A DNA stretch of 64,000 nt from the NCBI GenBank assembly GCA_000146465.1, contig CP001944.1. One strand, 5' to 3'. Position numbers and translations under genes: made by a program. Position 1 is the first letter of the stretch, and every line of letters starts with the position of its first letter. The notes below the pieces were generated by a model. That model saw only the letters and a program-made list of their open reading frames with translations, made no database searches and was not told the origin of the DNA. Shown piece by piece: positions 9,298 to 19,253 of the stretch.

Positions 9298-9906
9298 ATG
9301 GGGTTGCTTAAGTACCATGGGGTGACCGAGCTGTCGGGAAAGCCTGGATCTGGAAAGACTGCCATTGCCATCGAGGAGTCGAAGGAGTTTCCAACCATAT
9401 ATCTGACAACAACAGCGTTCTGCATAGAGAGATACAAGGGGTCGTCTAAAGAGGTGATGGATCGTGTGGTTATAAAGTACATCCCGACTATCGGGCATCT
9501 GGCATCTTTTGCTATGAACTCGATAGAGAGGATTGTTGTGGAAAGTAACACCAGGTTGATTATCATAGATAGCTTGGATCATCTTCTTGCCACAGAAGGC
9601 ATGGGGATGTCGCGGGGTGTTCTTTTTGGAATCATCAATAAGCTCAAAAGAGTGAGCCAAAAGCATTTGGTGAATATTTTGGTCGTTACATGTCACTACG
9701 GGACCTGGACTGTTGGGTCCTTTTGCATACCCAATCCTGTCCTTGGGCTTCAATGGATGTATATGGTGAACACGAAATACATTTGCAGCAGAAACGGAGA
9801 GAAAAGAACGCTTAAGCTTGTTCGTTCTCCTTTGGCAAGCTCTGGGACGTGGGAGTTTGAGATTGGGCCGTCTAGGGTATATATTGTGTCGGAAGCCTTT
9901 GAGTAA
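9298..9906 (+). CDS. RecA-fold ATPase, Rad51-paralogue-like
   Basis: Walker A 'ELSGKPGSGKTAIAIE' and Walker B-like 'RLIIIDSLD' in a ~200 aa protein. The ORF-track start at 9271 is TTG; the ATG at 9298 is preceded by 'gatccccgac'. Confidence 0.35.
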   Translation: MGLLKYHGVTELSGKPGSGKTAIAIEESKEFPTIYLTTTAFCIERYKGSSKEVMDRVVIKYIPTIGHLASFAMNSIERIVVESNTRLIIIDSLDHLLATEGMGMSRGVLFGIINKLKRVSQKHLVNILVVTCHYGTWTVGSFCIPNPVLGLQWMYMVNTKYICSRNGEKRTLKLVRSPLASSGTWEFEIGPSRVYIVSEAFE

Positions 9907-9962
9907 GGCCTATCTCACTGTCTCTAGTAAATATTTTATGCTTCTTAAACCGTTTATATTCC

Positions 9963-10334
9963 ATGACAGACAGAACAGGACCTCCTCTCAGGATCCTCTC
10001 GGATTCGCTCAGGAAGTTTAGATATATCTCTGGTGCCATGTTTTACGGCAGAAGGGAGGTGTCTCTCATAGAGGTTGCTGGAGTGTGTGTCCATAGAGAT
10101 GGGAAGCTTGCTCGGATGCTAGATTTCTGTGGAGAGGTCCTGATTGAAACAGGAGGCCAAGAGATCTTCTTGGACTTGGCGTATCTGTTGGTGTGTAGAG
10201 TGTACATGAAAGATGGAAGAATGAACTTGTGTTGCAAATCCGCAAGGAGGCTGGGAATTTTTGAAGAGATGTTCTTTTGGGCAGAGGCTTCTAACCTAAG
10301 AAGATCATTAAAATACAACCGAAACAGACATTGA
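9963..10334 (+). CDS. Hypothetical protein (123 aa), possible small OB-fold
   Basis: Complete ORF between well-supported genes; weak resemblance only. Confidence 0.2.
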   Translation: MTDRTGPPLRILSDSLRKFRYISGAMFYGRREVSLIEVAGVCVHRDGKLARMLDFCGEVLIETGGQEIFLDLAYLLVCRVYMKDGRMNLCCKSARRLGIFEEMFFWAEASNLRRSLKYNRNRH

Positions 10335-10343
10335 AATTTAATA

Positions 10344-10862
10344 TTAAAGATTGCTTGTCTTCAGGTCCTTTGAGACGTTGGAAACAATCTTGTTTTCAGG
10401 TTTTTCAAGTAGCTCCGGGTCCGAATACCCCATTTGGAGATGGACAGCATATTTGCTCCTGTCAAGAACCTCTTTACTGAATTCAATCTTGGATTTGGTG
10501 GCAAGAGCAGGCCCAATAAATGGCCCTTTAAATATCTTTTCCTTTTGCAACTGCCTGCTTAGTGCATAAAGACATATGACAACCTGTTTCAGATCCTTTG
10601 CTTCAAATAGGTCGTTGGTCTGAAATAGCTCGTATTCATTCATCTTGAGTTTTTTAAGTCCGTTAATAAACGAGCATATGTTTTCCCTTTGCACAAATAT
10701 TTGCTTGGACTCCTTATACTTGACATCGAGTTTTGAAACCTTATTAAGGAATCTGCAGAGCCTTACTCCATCCTTGAATAGGTCATGGAATGTCCCAGCT
10801 TCAAACTTCTCTCCAAGGACAGTCTGGATCCATAGTGTCACTTCCTCTTGTTGCTTATCCAT
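10344..10862 (-). CDS. Calponin-homology (CH) domain protein, transgelin/Scp1-like
   Basis: 'LWIQTVLGEKFEAGTFHDLFKDGVRLCRFLNKV...RENICSFINGLKKL...DLFEAKDLKQVVICLYALSRQ' is a canonical CH domain. 'gccctggaATG' start motif. Confidence 0.7.
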   Translation of the reverse strand: MDKQQEEVTLWIQTVLGEKFEAGTFHDLFKDGVRLCRFLNKVSKLDVKYKESKQIFVQRENICSFINGLKKLKMNEYELFQTNDLFEAKDLKQVVICLYALSRQLQKEKIFKGPFIGPALATKSKIEFSKEVLDRSKYAVHLQMGYSDPELLEKPENKIVSNVSKDLKTSNL

Positions 10863-10870
10863 TCCAGGGC
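10860..10870 (-). promoter_or_regulatory. Start-proximal CCC motif 'gccctggaATG' (CH-domain gene, minus strand)
   Basis: Reverse complement reads gccctggaATG. Confidence 0.5.
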
Positions 10871-10966
10871 ATCTGTTTTATGATTTACTTATCAAACCAG
10901 CATCAACAAAAATTAAGGTTCAATAATATAGCCATCCAAAAGGGGAATAATTGAGACATGGAGATT

Positions 10967-12520
10967 TTATTGGGTTGCTCCCTTGGGCTTCTGGATAAGG
11001 AAGTCTAAGAATACAATCATGGTTACCACTGTTACAATGGAGGTGACCAATGTACTAAAGAGAAGCGACAGAACAAAAATCCCTGTCACTGCCCATGAGG
11101 CTGTGCAAGTGGTTAGAAGGAGGAATAAGAAGATTGTCTTAATGGCTCCCATTCGGTCTCTATGGAGATTGACTTTCTTTCCTTCAAGATCTGTGGTAAG
11201 GATTTCATATGTAACTTGTAAGCTCCCATGGCAAAGTCTGTTTATGAAGTATCTCTGTAAACCTATTGCTGAATCTCTTAATGTGTCAATGGGCCTTTGC
11301 TTTCTTCTGGAAAGGAAATGGCTCTTCAGGGCAAACGATCCTGAGTATTGCATCGAGAGAGAGTTCCCATTTTTGTACCACAGGTACTTCATCTGGTCGT
11401 AGATATTCTCCTTATTTCCAATGTCGAAGTGGGAAAGTTGTTTGGAAAGAACATGCTCTCCAATGATGAACTGAGATATGTTTGTTCTGTCCAAGCAATC
11501 AATACAATTTGTACGAATAACACCATTTTGAGAACTTTCTGGCCCTTTGTATCCAAATAGGGAAAGAGTTTCGTCTACTAGACCCAGAAATCTCTCCTGA
11601 GTATCACCTTCGAAAATCCCTCCTTCCTCAAAGAAATTGAAGTGTACTCCCTTCTTGTTGTTTCCAAGCAATTCACTTTCATATGCATCGTGTAATTCTC
11701 CTTCGTATCCAGAGCTTCTTATGAGGTTCAGATATAAAACATCGCCATACTTGCTCCTCATTATGTCGTCGGCTAGGTGAAGTATTTTCCTATTGCTGAT
11801 AACTATCTTTGGATTGTATTCTCTCCCAAGAACATGCTTCCACATCAAAGGAATCGACCCTCGAACCTGTAGGTGCGATGTGGTCTTCTCCCCCTCATAA
11901 ACAATCTGCTCCGTCTCAACATAGTTCGAGACATATCCCGATGAATCCGATCCTCTGGAAAAGTATCTTGCTCCTGCTCTTCTCCAAGACCTTCTTGAAA
12001 TCAGTCTCAAACATACTGCTCCAACATCTATGGACCCAAAAAACCCCTGTATGCAGCTCAGAGAAAACAGAGATCCTTGATCTCCAACATGTTTTAGGAA
12101 CCTCTCAAGTGGCAGGGAGTTGAAGAGGAAATCCAAGTCGTCGTCCTTCTTTATACTTATCGACTTGTGAAGGGGATATGTGCTGAAATAAATCCCTGTA
12201 TTTCGGAGAAACTTTCTTACCTCTTTCATCTCACTTGAGAAGTTCTCTGTCTTCGACCTCTTTAGCCGAATGATTTCTACATCTTGGATCTCGTAGACAG
12301 CATGTTCATACATCATTCCTCTTAAAACAGCATCTACAACCAGAATGAGATAAGAGGACTTGGAAATCGTAACTATTCCATAAACTCCGTATGAGTGATA
12401 AACAGACTTTCCCGAGTCCATCTTTTGTCTCTTCAAGATCAGAGTTGTGTTCTTATCGATATTCTCGAGCATGATTTCCTCTGGAGAGGTAGAGACTTTC
12501 AAACTTGTTCCCATATTCAT
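10967..12520 (-). CDS. SAC1: Phosphoinositide phosphatase SAC1, with C-terminal transmembrane anchor
   Basis: Catalytic CX5R(T/S) motif 'RTNCIDCLDRTNISQ' and hydrophobic C-terminal helices. 'cccctggaATG' start motif. Confidence 0.85.
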   Translation of the reverse strand: MNMGTSLKVSTSPEEIMLENIDKNTTLILKRQKMDSGKSVYHSYGVYGIVTISKSSYLILVVDAVLRGMMYEHAVYEIQDVEIIRLKRSKTENFSSEMKEVRKFLRNTGIYFSTYPLHKSISIKKDDDLDFLFNSLPLERFLKHVGDQGSLFSLSCIQGFFGSIDVGAVCLRLISRRSWRRAGARYFSRGSDSSGYVSNYVETEQIVYEGEKTTSHLQVRGSIPLMWKHVLGREYNPKIVISNRKILHLADDIMRSKYGDVLYLNLIRSSGYEGELHDAYESELLGNNKKGVHFNFFEEGGIFEGDTQERFLGLVDETLSLFGYKGPESSQNGVIRTNCIDCLDRTNISQFIIGEHVLSKQLSHFDIGNKENIYDQMKYLWYKNGNSLSMQYSGSFALKSHFLSRRKQRPIDTLRDSAIGLQRYFINRLCHGSLQVTYEILTTDLEGKKVNLHRDRMGAIKTIFLFLLLTTCTASWAVTGIFVLSLLFSTLVTSIVTVVTMIVFLDFLIQKPKGATQ

Positions 12521-12529
12521 TCCAGGGGT
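12518..12529 (-). promoter_or_regulatory. Start-proximal CCC motif 'cccctggaATG' (SAC1, minus strand)
   Basis: Reverse complement reads gacccctggaATG. Confidence 0.5.
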
Positions 12530-12831
12530 CTTCAGGGTTGGGAAAATATTGATTATATGAAATAATGATTTATCTCATCATAGACCAAGAATTTTGAAAG
12601 TAGAGGAGATATGAAGCGAAAGGGTAGTATAAAGAACAAGAAAAAAAGAAAGGCGAAAATTATATCTTCTACAAGCAATGGCATGCAGTGTCCATTGGTC
12701 GATCCCATTATACAAGAGAGATAAGTAAGTCTCCTTGCAGCAGACCTAGCAGTTTCCTCTCCCTAATTAACTTGTTAAAGAAATATAATTTATCTTTCGG
12801 TCTCTTAAATAATTCGAAAATTGTTGGGGGT

Positions 12832-13515
12832 ATGGACAACTTTGGAGGCAACTTCTTTAATTCTTATAACAATAACTCTACCAGAGAGACAGAAGGAAGC
12901 CAATACTTTGATCCTTACTTTGTCAAGCATCGAAAAAGAACAACGAAAGCACAGCTCAAGGTTCTGGAGGAAACCTTCGAGACCAACATCCGGCCGGATG
13001 CAAACATGAGGAAGAAGCTTGGGGAAGAGCTAGGAATGACGCCTAGAAGTGTCCAAGTATGGTTCCAGAACAGAAGGGCAAAAATCAAAAAGCTCACACA
13101 GAAGAAGATGATGCAGCAAGAAAACACAGACAACACCAAGGGCCAGGAGACAGCCCATACACCAAGCCCATCAAAAGAAAGCAAATACAACGGCTATCAC
13201 CCATACATGCCCATCCAGGGACCTTTAGAAGAGTTCAATGTATATCCAAGAGATAACAGCATCTATAAACATGCAATACCGCAAGGAATGGGATCTCCGG
13301 TGATGTATGAGGGCTTTGGATACAGAGGGCATGAAGAATACGGATATCCCTATGTACAGAGATATGGAAACGGAGAGTACTATCAAATGCAATATCCGTA
13401 TGGGATGATGCAGGCTCAATGGCACCAACCTCCAGGATTCCGTGACGAAGATTACTATCGCTCTACTAGAAAACAGCAATATAGAGGAGGCGCACCCAAT
13501 CCTGAAAAGATGTAG
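12832..13515 (+). CDS. Homeobox protein (typical 60-aa homeodomain) with Y/Q/G-rich C-terminus
   Basis: 'KRTTKAQLKVLEETFETNIRPDANMRKKLGEELGMTPRSVQVWFQNRRAKIKK'. The ORF-track start at 12688 is GTG; the ATG at 12832 is preceded by 'ttgggggt'. Confidence 0.8.
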   Translation: MDNFGGNFFNSYNNNSTRETEGSQYFDPYFVKHRKRTTKAQLKVLEETFETNIRPDANMRKKLGEELGMTPRSVQVWFQNRRAKIKKLTQKKMMQQENTDNTKGQETAHTPSPSKESKYNGYHPYMPIQGPLEEFNVYPRDNSIYKHAIPQGMGSPVMYEGFGYRGHEEYGYPYVQRYGNGEYYQMQYPYGMMQAQWHQPPGFRDEDYYRSTRKQQYRGGAPNPEKM

Positions 13516-14030
13516 TCTTCGCTGGGGTATGTCCATAAATTCACGGCCTGCAAGAATTAGACTTGCCACAGAATTTTATATCTTTAATAATATTAAAACT
13601 TTAGGTAAATGCCTTGGTCTTGGTAAGACCATTTTTGCAATTTATCTACTTACATTTGTATTAATAAAAAGGAGAAATTCAGGAAGAAAACGAAATAAAG
13701 CGTAGAAGGCCCATTTAATACCAGGCATTACTTGTATCGGCATAGACATCCATGGGATCCGCTTTTTGAGCACTTGGAATCTTCTTTTCTGTCCGAATCC
13801 GAGCACCTACACTTTTCCATCTCTCCCGATGAGCAGGGGGGACATTTGCATGAGTTATCAACGCATTCACTGTTCTTACAAGTCTTATTTCCCTTCATAG
13901 AGCTTTGTTTTTTTGTCTATAAAAGCTTTCAGATGACCATTGAAACAACTCCAACTCATTTCGATAGCTGTCATTATGAATGGTGCCATCTGACAAATGA
14001 TTGTGGTCTTCCACTACACCCAAGCTCAGG

Positions 14031-15623
14031 TTAAAACCTATCCATTGGAGGATCAAAGAGAATGCTATCTTCGTGAGCCTCCCCTCTCCTTCTGAAATAA
14101 CGTATTCCAATAAAGATGAGATATGACAAGATGAAGATGGCAAGGAAAATGAATACAATTGTGATAACATCGCTAGGAAATCCCCAAAAGTGGAAAATAG
14201 ATCGTTGAGAACGGCTTCCACATTCCAAACGAGGTATCTTTAGCACATTGTATGATCCTCTGCTATTCCAGAATGAGTTCTGATTCAGATATCCCCAGAT
14301 TTGAGAGAATGTAGCTCTTGGAGATGTTTCTAGGAAAAGAGCAATCGAGCTTGCAACTATTGCTGCCGATAGGCTAGTCCCTGCAGCACTGTTTTCTCGA
14401 AGAACCTCCTCTCCCAGTGCAAATATCCTCACACAATCTCCATGATTTGAGAATTTGGATACTCCAGCATACTTGTTTACAGACCCGACGTTGATGACTG
14501 ACTTCGAGCTTCCAGGAGAGTAATTGCAGGACTGGTCGTGGAGATTTCCAGCGGGTGTGACAACTACCATTCCTCGACTAGATATATGGTCGACAACAGC
14601 GTTTAAAGCCTCGGAATAAGGCCCGGAAACCCCAAAAACAAGAATCCCTGGCCCTCCTTTGCTTTCAAGGCTTTCTAATCCGTAAATCATGTCAGAAAGC
14701 ATAACCTTTCCATCGCACCCGACTACATCAAGGACATTCAGATGACTGTCCTTGGCAAATCCAGTATCTCTTCCCACCAGAAGAGAGGCCATCGTGTCTC
14801 CGTGCGTGTTGCATGATTCGAGACGTCCACTTAGATTGCAGACGTTGTTTACAGGTTTGACTGTTGTATCCAGGAGAAATATGCTTACTCCCTTTCCAGT
14901 ATGATAATATTCGTAGAACCCAAAAAAACTTGCCATCATTCTTTTGATCTGAAGTACTCGGAAGATCCAGTTGTCATAAAAGTAGTTGTTGAAGATGATA
15001 TTTTCATAATACTTCATCAGATACATGTAGTTTGGAATGCTATTCTGAAATGCAGACACACCGTATATCTTGTCTTCCTCTATATGCATGCCAATCCCAC
15101 TACCTTTTTTCATCACATTCTCATTGTTTGAGCAAAAGGACACACCTGTAACATTCTTAGTATATTGTCTCTTGATCTTCCCGTTCTGTCCCTCTACAAA
15201 GGCAGAGATGTTTGACAGGTCTCCATCATGTACGTCCTTCGTCAAGATATAACACCTCTCCCTTCCAAAAGTGTAATTGTCGTTGCCTTTACATTGAGTA
15301 TCGTCCAGGTTACTACCTGTCTTTATCTGTCCCTCATATCGGGCTACAGAGGGAATCTGAGCATCTTTCCTGGGCTCTTCAACTTCTACCACAACCTCCT
15401 TGACCACAGTTCGAACTTCAGTCTGTACCTCTATAGAGGGTATGTCTGTAGGATTTCCCGCTTCGTATGAGTCTTTGTTTCCTTGAAAAAGAATTCCAGG
15501 TGGGTTTTCCTCCTGACCTTCTTGGATAGACTTCTCCAGTCCTATAATCTCACCTGTACTCACATCTTCACTACCCCACACCCTTTGTGATACTATTAGA
15601 ACCATAATTCCCATTAGAAACAT
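14031..15623 (-). CDS. Subtilisin-like serine protease (S8) with signal peptide and C-terminal membrane anchor
   Basis: Catalytic triad contexts 'FLLDTTV' (Asp), 'NTHGDTMAS' (His) and 'GTSLSAAIVAS' (Ser). Hydrophobic N-terminus; one TM helix near the C-terminus followed by a basic tail. Confidence 0.8.
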   Translation of the reverse strand: MFLMGIMVLIVSQRVWGSEDVSTGEIIGLEKSIQEGQEENPPGILFQGNKDSYEAGNPTDIPSIEVQTEVRTVVKEVVVEVEEPRKDAQIPSVARYEGQIKTGSNLDDTQCKGNDNYTFGRERCYILTKDVHDGDLSNISAFVEGQNGKIKRQYTKNVTGVSFCSNNENVMKKGSGIGMHIEEDKIYGVSAFQNSIPNYMYLMKYYENIIFNNYFYDNWIFRVLQIKRMMASFFGFYEYYHTGKGVSIFLLDTTVKPVNNVCNLSGRLESCNTHGDTMASLLVGRDTGFAKDSHLNVLDVVGCDGKVMLSDMIYGLESLESKGGPGILVFGVSGPYSEALNAVVDHISSRGMVVVTPAGNLHDQSCNYSPGSSKSVINVGSVNKYAGVSKFSNHGDCVRIFALGEEVLRENSAAGTSLSAAIVASSIALFLETSPRATFSQIWGYLNQNSFWNSRGSYNVLKIPRLECGSRSQRSIFHFWGFPSDVITIVFIFLAIFILSYLIFIGIRYFRRRGEAHEDSILFDPPMDRF

Positions 15624-15769
15624 CTACTTCTCCTTCACATCGGGCAGAAAGTAAATCCTTGTTCCCAAAGATATGATACCCATGTTTCACTTTCCATCTG
15701 CAGTAGAACTCAACAAATGAAATCAGCCGACAATCGTCTTTGTTACATAAACAACCCATAAAATAGACT

Positions 15770-16306
15770 TTAATGGTTATTCATCTTTTTTTTCCATTCA
15801 ACAGGACATATCTCCCCATTTTCGTCGTTGAAGGTGATAGCATCAATTAAACGGAGGATCTCGCTAACCGACCTTCCAACTGCATGGTAATTGATGCTTA
15901 GGTGTTTAACATCCAGATCCTTGGAGAGTATTACCGTGCCTCGCATGGGGTGTCCGTTCTCCTCATCAAACATCTCAAACTGATTGCAGAGTTCCCTCTT
16001 CATATCCCATATCATTGGCCATGAAACACCTAGGATCCCGCCATTTTCCCTTGATATTGAGGCCCATGCACGATGTGAGTAGACCGAGTCGCAGGAAACA
16101 AACAGAACTAAGGCATTCCTTTTGAGAAACTCCTCTTTGAGATCGCAAAATCTGTTGACCTCTGTAGGACATACAAAGGTGAAATCTAAAGGGTAAAAAA
16201 CAATCACAACATATTTCCCTCTGTAGTCTTCAAGAGAAATCTCCTTGATTTCTCCATCAACCAGTGCCTTGTATTTGTTACTAGTAAGAACTTTAGGAAA
16301 TTTCAT
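15770..16306 (-). CDS. 2-Cys peroxiredoxin (thioredoxin peroxidase)
   Basis: 'VVIVFYPLDFTFVCPTE' peroxidatic-Cys motif and 'GEICPVEW' resolving-Cys motif. The start was moved to ATG 16306 (MKFPKV...), which removes overlap with the upstream gene; 'caaccctaATG'. Confidence 0.85.
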   Translation of the reverse strand: MKFPKVLTSNKYKALVDGEIKEISLEDYRGKYVVIVFYPLDFTFVCPTEVNRFCDLKEEFLKRNALVLFVSCDSVYSHRAWASISRENGGILGVSWPMIWDMKRELCNQFEMFDEENGHPMRGTVILSKDLDVKHLSINYHAVGRSVSEILRLIDAITFNDENGEICPVEWKKKMNNH

Positions 16307-16379
16307 TAGGGTTGAGTTAATCTTTCTACAAATATAGGGGAAGACATTCCATATCTGGATCATTAAGAGACCTAATCCA

Positions 16380-16799
16380 TTAGGCCTTTGGATACCATTC
16401 ATTGTTTAATAGCTCTTCCAGCTCATACAATTCGTTGCAGAAGAAGCCTTTCTCTCTTGCAAGATTAAGAAGCTTCCTAGCCTTTACAAAGTTTTCTTTT
16501 TCCATGATGTTTCTTCTTGCCATGATGAACACCGACTCCTTGTACTCCAGCAGCTTGTATCTTTCCATGTTCAACTCAATCTCCTCGAGAGTCTTTTTAA
16601 TAGCATAGTTGGATATCAGATATCCCGATGCCCTTTTGTACAACCCAAGATTCACATCATGCTTCACTCTATACTTTAGAAATGAACCTATGTCTAGCGT
16701 CTTAAGGGCTTTGGTGTATTCCAAGAGAATCATACCTTTCTCATGGTCCTCGGACTTCCTAATGACTTTGTTATCTATCGAGTTTATTGCCTCGAACAT
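16380..16799 (-). CDS. Hypothetical helical protein (139 aa)
   Basis: The ORF-track start at 16877 is GTG; the ATG at 16799 has a CCC-rich upstream. All-alpha TPR-like character, no TM helix. Confidence 0.3.
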   Translation of the reverse strand: MFEAINSIDNKVIRKSEDHEKGMILLEYTKALKTLDIGSFLKYRVKHDVNLGLYKRASGYLISNYAIKKTLEEIELNMERYKLLEYKESVFIMARRNIMEKENFVKARKLLNLAREKGFFCNELYELEELLNNEWYPKA

Positions 16800-16928
16800 T
16801 TCAAGAAAGAGTGGGGTGCGAGGGCCTTTGGTGTGTGAGTTTAGTCTTTGTAACGTCAATTTGATATATACACCCACGACTTAATTCTCAAGGAGACTGC
16901 TTAATGGAAAAATTTGTGCCCTTGCCAA

Positions 16929-18080
16929 ATGAGCTGCAGGAAGTTCAACGCACCGAGACATGGATCTTTGCAGTTCTGCCCAAGGAAAAGATCGAAGACA
17001 ATCAGGCCGTCTGTAGGGGCGTTTCCGGCTGACGATATCTCCCAGCCTGTGCATCTGACTGGATTTATGGGGTACAAGGCAGGGATGACACATGTGATAA
17101 GGACTAAGACCCAGGTTGCAAAGAACAAGCAACTTTCTAGGGAGGTGATGGATGCAGTGACTGTGGTTGAAGCACCGCCGATGGTTGTGTATGGGATTGT
17201 GGGATATGAGAGGACTGTGACTGGACTGCACAGACTCCCGATTGTCACGGCATCCTATGTGAACGATGGAGTTCTCCGCAGGATGTTTGGTAACAAGTAC
17301 ATGGAGAAGGAGGCGGCGGCCCAGTTCTGCCGAGGAGAAGTGACGGAGTCCCGGGTTGAAGAGATCAAGAAGAGGGCAGAGTGTGTGCGAGTGCTTGTTC
17401 AGACACAGCCGGAGATGGTGAAGACACTTGGGCTGAAGAAAGCACACATCGCGGAGATACAGTTGAATGGAGGAAGCATCTGCGAGAAGGTTGAGTGGGC
17501 TCTGGAGAGGCTTGAGAAGGAGATCCAGATTGCAGAGGTGTTTGGAGAGAATGAGAACATCGATGTGATTGGGGTGACGAAGGGAAAGGGATTCCAAGGA
17601 ACAGTGAAGAGGTTTGGAGTACGAAAGCAGCCGCGCAAGTCTCGAAAGGGGATCCGAAAGGTTGCATGCATTGGAGCATGGCATCCGAGCCGTGTGATGT
17701 ACTCTGTTGCACGAGCAGGGCAGATGGGGTTCCATAGAAGAACAGAGAAGAACAAGAGGGTGTACATGATTGGAAATGGAAGCACCAAGATCAAGACTGA
17801 GTTTGACCTAACCGAGAAGGCGATTTCGCCGATGGGAGGATTCCCTCACTATGGAGAAGTGAAGAACGACTTCATCATGGTGAAGGGGGCGGTTGTCGGG
17901 CCACGGAAGAGGGTTGTGACGCTTCGAAAGAGTCTTACACAGCAGAGGCCGAGCGAGGAGCTTGTGATCAAGTTTGTCGACACATCGTCGAAGATAGGAC
18001 ATGGGCGGTTCCAGACAAGTGCAGAGAAGAAGGCATTCTACGGAGCAAAGAAGGCAGAAACAGTCGCCGAAGTCCATTAA
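16929..18080 (+). CDS. RPL3: 60S ribosomal protein L3 (uL3)
   Basis: '[21 protein letters not shown]...[18 protein letters not shown]' is canonical uL3. The ATG at 16929 is preceded by 'gcccttgccaa'; the ORF-track start at 16914 is TTG. Confidence 0.95.
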   Translation: MSCRKFNAPRHGSLQFCPRKRSKTIRPSVGAFPADDISQPVHLTGFMGYKAGMTHVIRTKTQVAKNKQLSREVMDAVTVVEAPPMVVYGIVGYERTVTGLHRLPIVTASYVNDGVLRRMFGNKYMEKEAAAQFCRGEVTESRVEEIKKRAECVRVLVQTQPEMVKTLGLKKAHIAEIQLNGGSICEKVEWALERLEKEIQIAEVFGENENIDVIGVTKGKGFQGTVKRFGVRKQPRKSRKGIRKVACIGAWHPSRVMYSVARAGQMGFHRRTEKNKRVYMIGNGSTKIKTEFDLTEKAISPMGGFPHYGEVKNDFIMVKGAVVGPRKRVVTLRKSLTQQRPSEELVIKFVDTSSKIGHGRFQTSAEKKAFYGAKKAETVAEVH

Positions 18081-18201
18081 ACTCTTCAATATTATATATG
18101 TCCTTACTTTAGATGACTCTGATTTGTATTTCCATTCTAATTGGCTTGGGAAATATTCGCCTTTTCTTTTGATTATTTATTCATATTTTTAACCGCTGAA
18201 T

Positions 18202-19182
18202 ATGATAAGCTCAATCGGCTTTCTTCCTGGTGGAGTTTCAATAGAGAGACTCAAGGAGTTTGTGTATGACGAGGACATCCATCGAGCATTGGACTATCTT
18301 GGAATTCCGGTTGTCGACAAGTCGAAAATGGCTTGCGACGATGACATCGACGAGTCGGAGGAGATAGTAGAAAACGACATTATAGTCTTCTGCACTCCAA
18401 ACGAGGATGATGTGAGTTTCTTGCAGTTTTATGTACAGAACAGAGAATGCACAAACATTTTCCTCCACCACGACACATATGTGTTCAGCACTATTTGCGA
18501 TTCTACCCAAGCCGTCATTGGAGGAGAGACGTATGTTGCACTGGCCACATTTGAGAAGGACATTATGGTGTTTGATCCATTTGTGAGAAACCCGGTGCTT
18601 CCTCAAGTTCTTCTTAAAGGACATGAGGAAGCAGTTCTGTCAATAGAGTGTTCCAATGGAGTGCTCTTTAGTGGAGGTCTTGATTCAACGATTATTGAAT
18701 GGGATACTGAAAAGGCTCTTCCCAAAAATAGAATACAGGCCATGGGACCTGTGAATAAGCTTGGAACCTTGAATTCATCGGTGATTTATTCTGTGGAAAA
18801 CTCTCTGTATTGGACAGATAGAGAGATTAGGTTTGATGGAGAAGTTGAAAGAATAAGGATTATGGATAATAAAATGCTTGTATCGGACTCCACAGGGATC
18901 TTGAGACATTATGACCTAAGAAATGTATCTGATCCGGTTATGGAGAAGAGAATCCACGAAGACTCTATTACAGGAATCGATGTGCTTGGAAGTAATGTGT
19001 ATACAGGATCTCTGGACGGAAGCATAAAGATTGTAAGCCTTGAAACGTTTGATGTTATGAACAGTGAAGACGTCGAAGAGAAGATATTTTCTCTAAAGGT
19101 GCATGAAGACGGGTTTTATGTGTATGGAGGAGAGAAGAACGAGCCCGAGCTTAGATACATCGACTGCTCTAAAGACGAGTGA
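18202..19182 (+). CDS. WD40-repeat protein
   Basis: Repeated 'GH...V.S......L.SGG.D..I..WD'-type blades (e.g. 'VLSIECSNGVLFSGGLDSTIIEWD'); no specific orthologue assigned. Confidence 0.5.
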   Translation: MISSIGFLPGGVSIERLKEFVYDEDIHRALDYLGIPVVDKSKMACDDDIDESEEIVENDIIVFCTPNEDDVSFLQFYVQNRECTNIFLHHDTYVFSTICDSTQAVIGGETYVALATFEKDIMVFDPFVRNPVLPQVLLKGHEEAVLSIECSNGVLFSGGLDSTIIEWDTEKALPKNRIQAMGPVNKLGTLNSSVIYSVENSLYWTDREIRFDGEVERIRIMDNKMLVSDSTGILRHYDLRNVSDPVMEKRIHEDSITGIDVLGSNVYTGSLDGSIKIVSLETFDVMNSEDVEEKIFSLKVHEDGFYVYGGEKNEPELRYIDCSKDE

Positions 19183-19241
19183 TTTCCAATAAATCATCTT
19201 AACAGATGTTTAGTAGAGATTTTGAAAGTTATTAGCTTGGA

Positions 19242-19253
19242 TCCCTGGAAATG
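19242..19253 (+). promoter_or_regulatory. Start-proximal CCC motif 'tccctggaaATG' (NCS6/CTU1)
   Basis: Same 8-mer directly 5' of the ATG. Confidence 0.55.

Noticed and set aside
13516-14030. About 500-bp gap between the convergent homeobox and subtilisin genes, with a 100-aa ORF at 13732-14034.
   Set aside because: The ORF has no start motif, no recognisable domain, and a Ser/His/Leu-rich composition. It is more likely overlapping 3' UTRs. A decayed gene remnant cannot be excluded.
16881-17735. 284-aa ORF on the minus strand, antisense to the ribosomal protein L3 gene. Several similar long antisense ORFs exist, e.g. 5866-6447 antisense to PI4K, 3430-3909 antisense to FEN1 and 28380-29199 antisense to RPT1.
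   Set aside because: Each lies entirely inside a strongly supported conserved CDS on the other strand. Their translations are low-complexity (Ser/Pro/Leu/Cys-rich) with no motif. They are best explained as open antisense frames from the codon bias of the sense gene.
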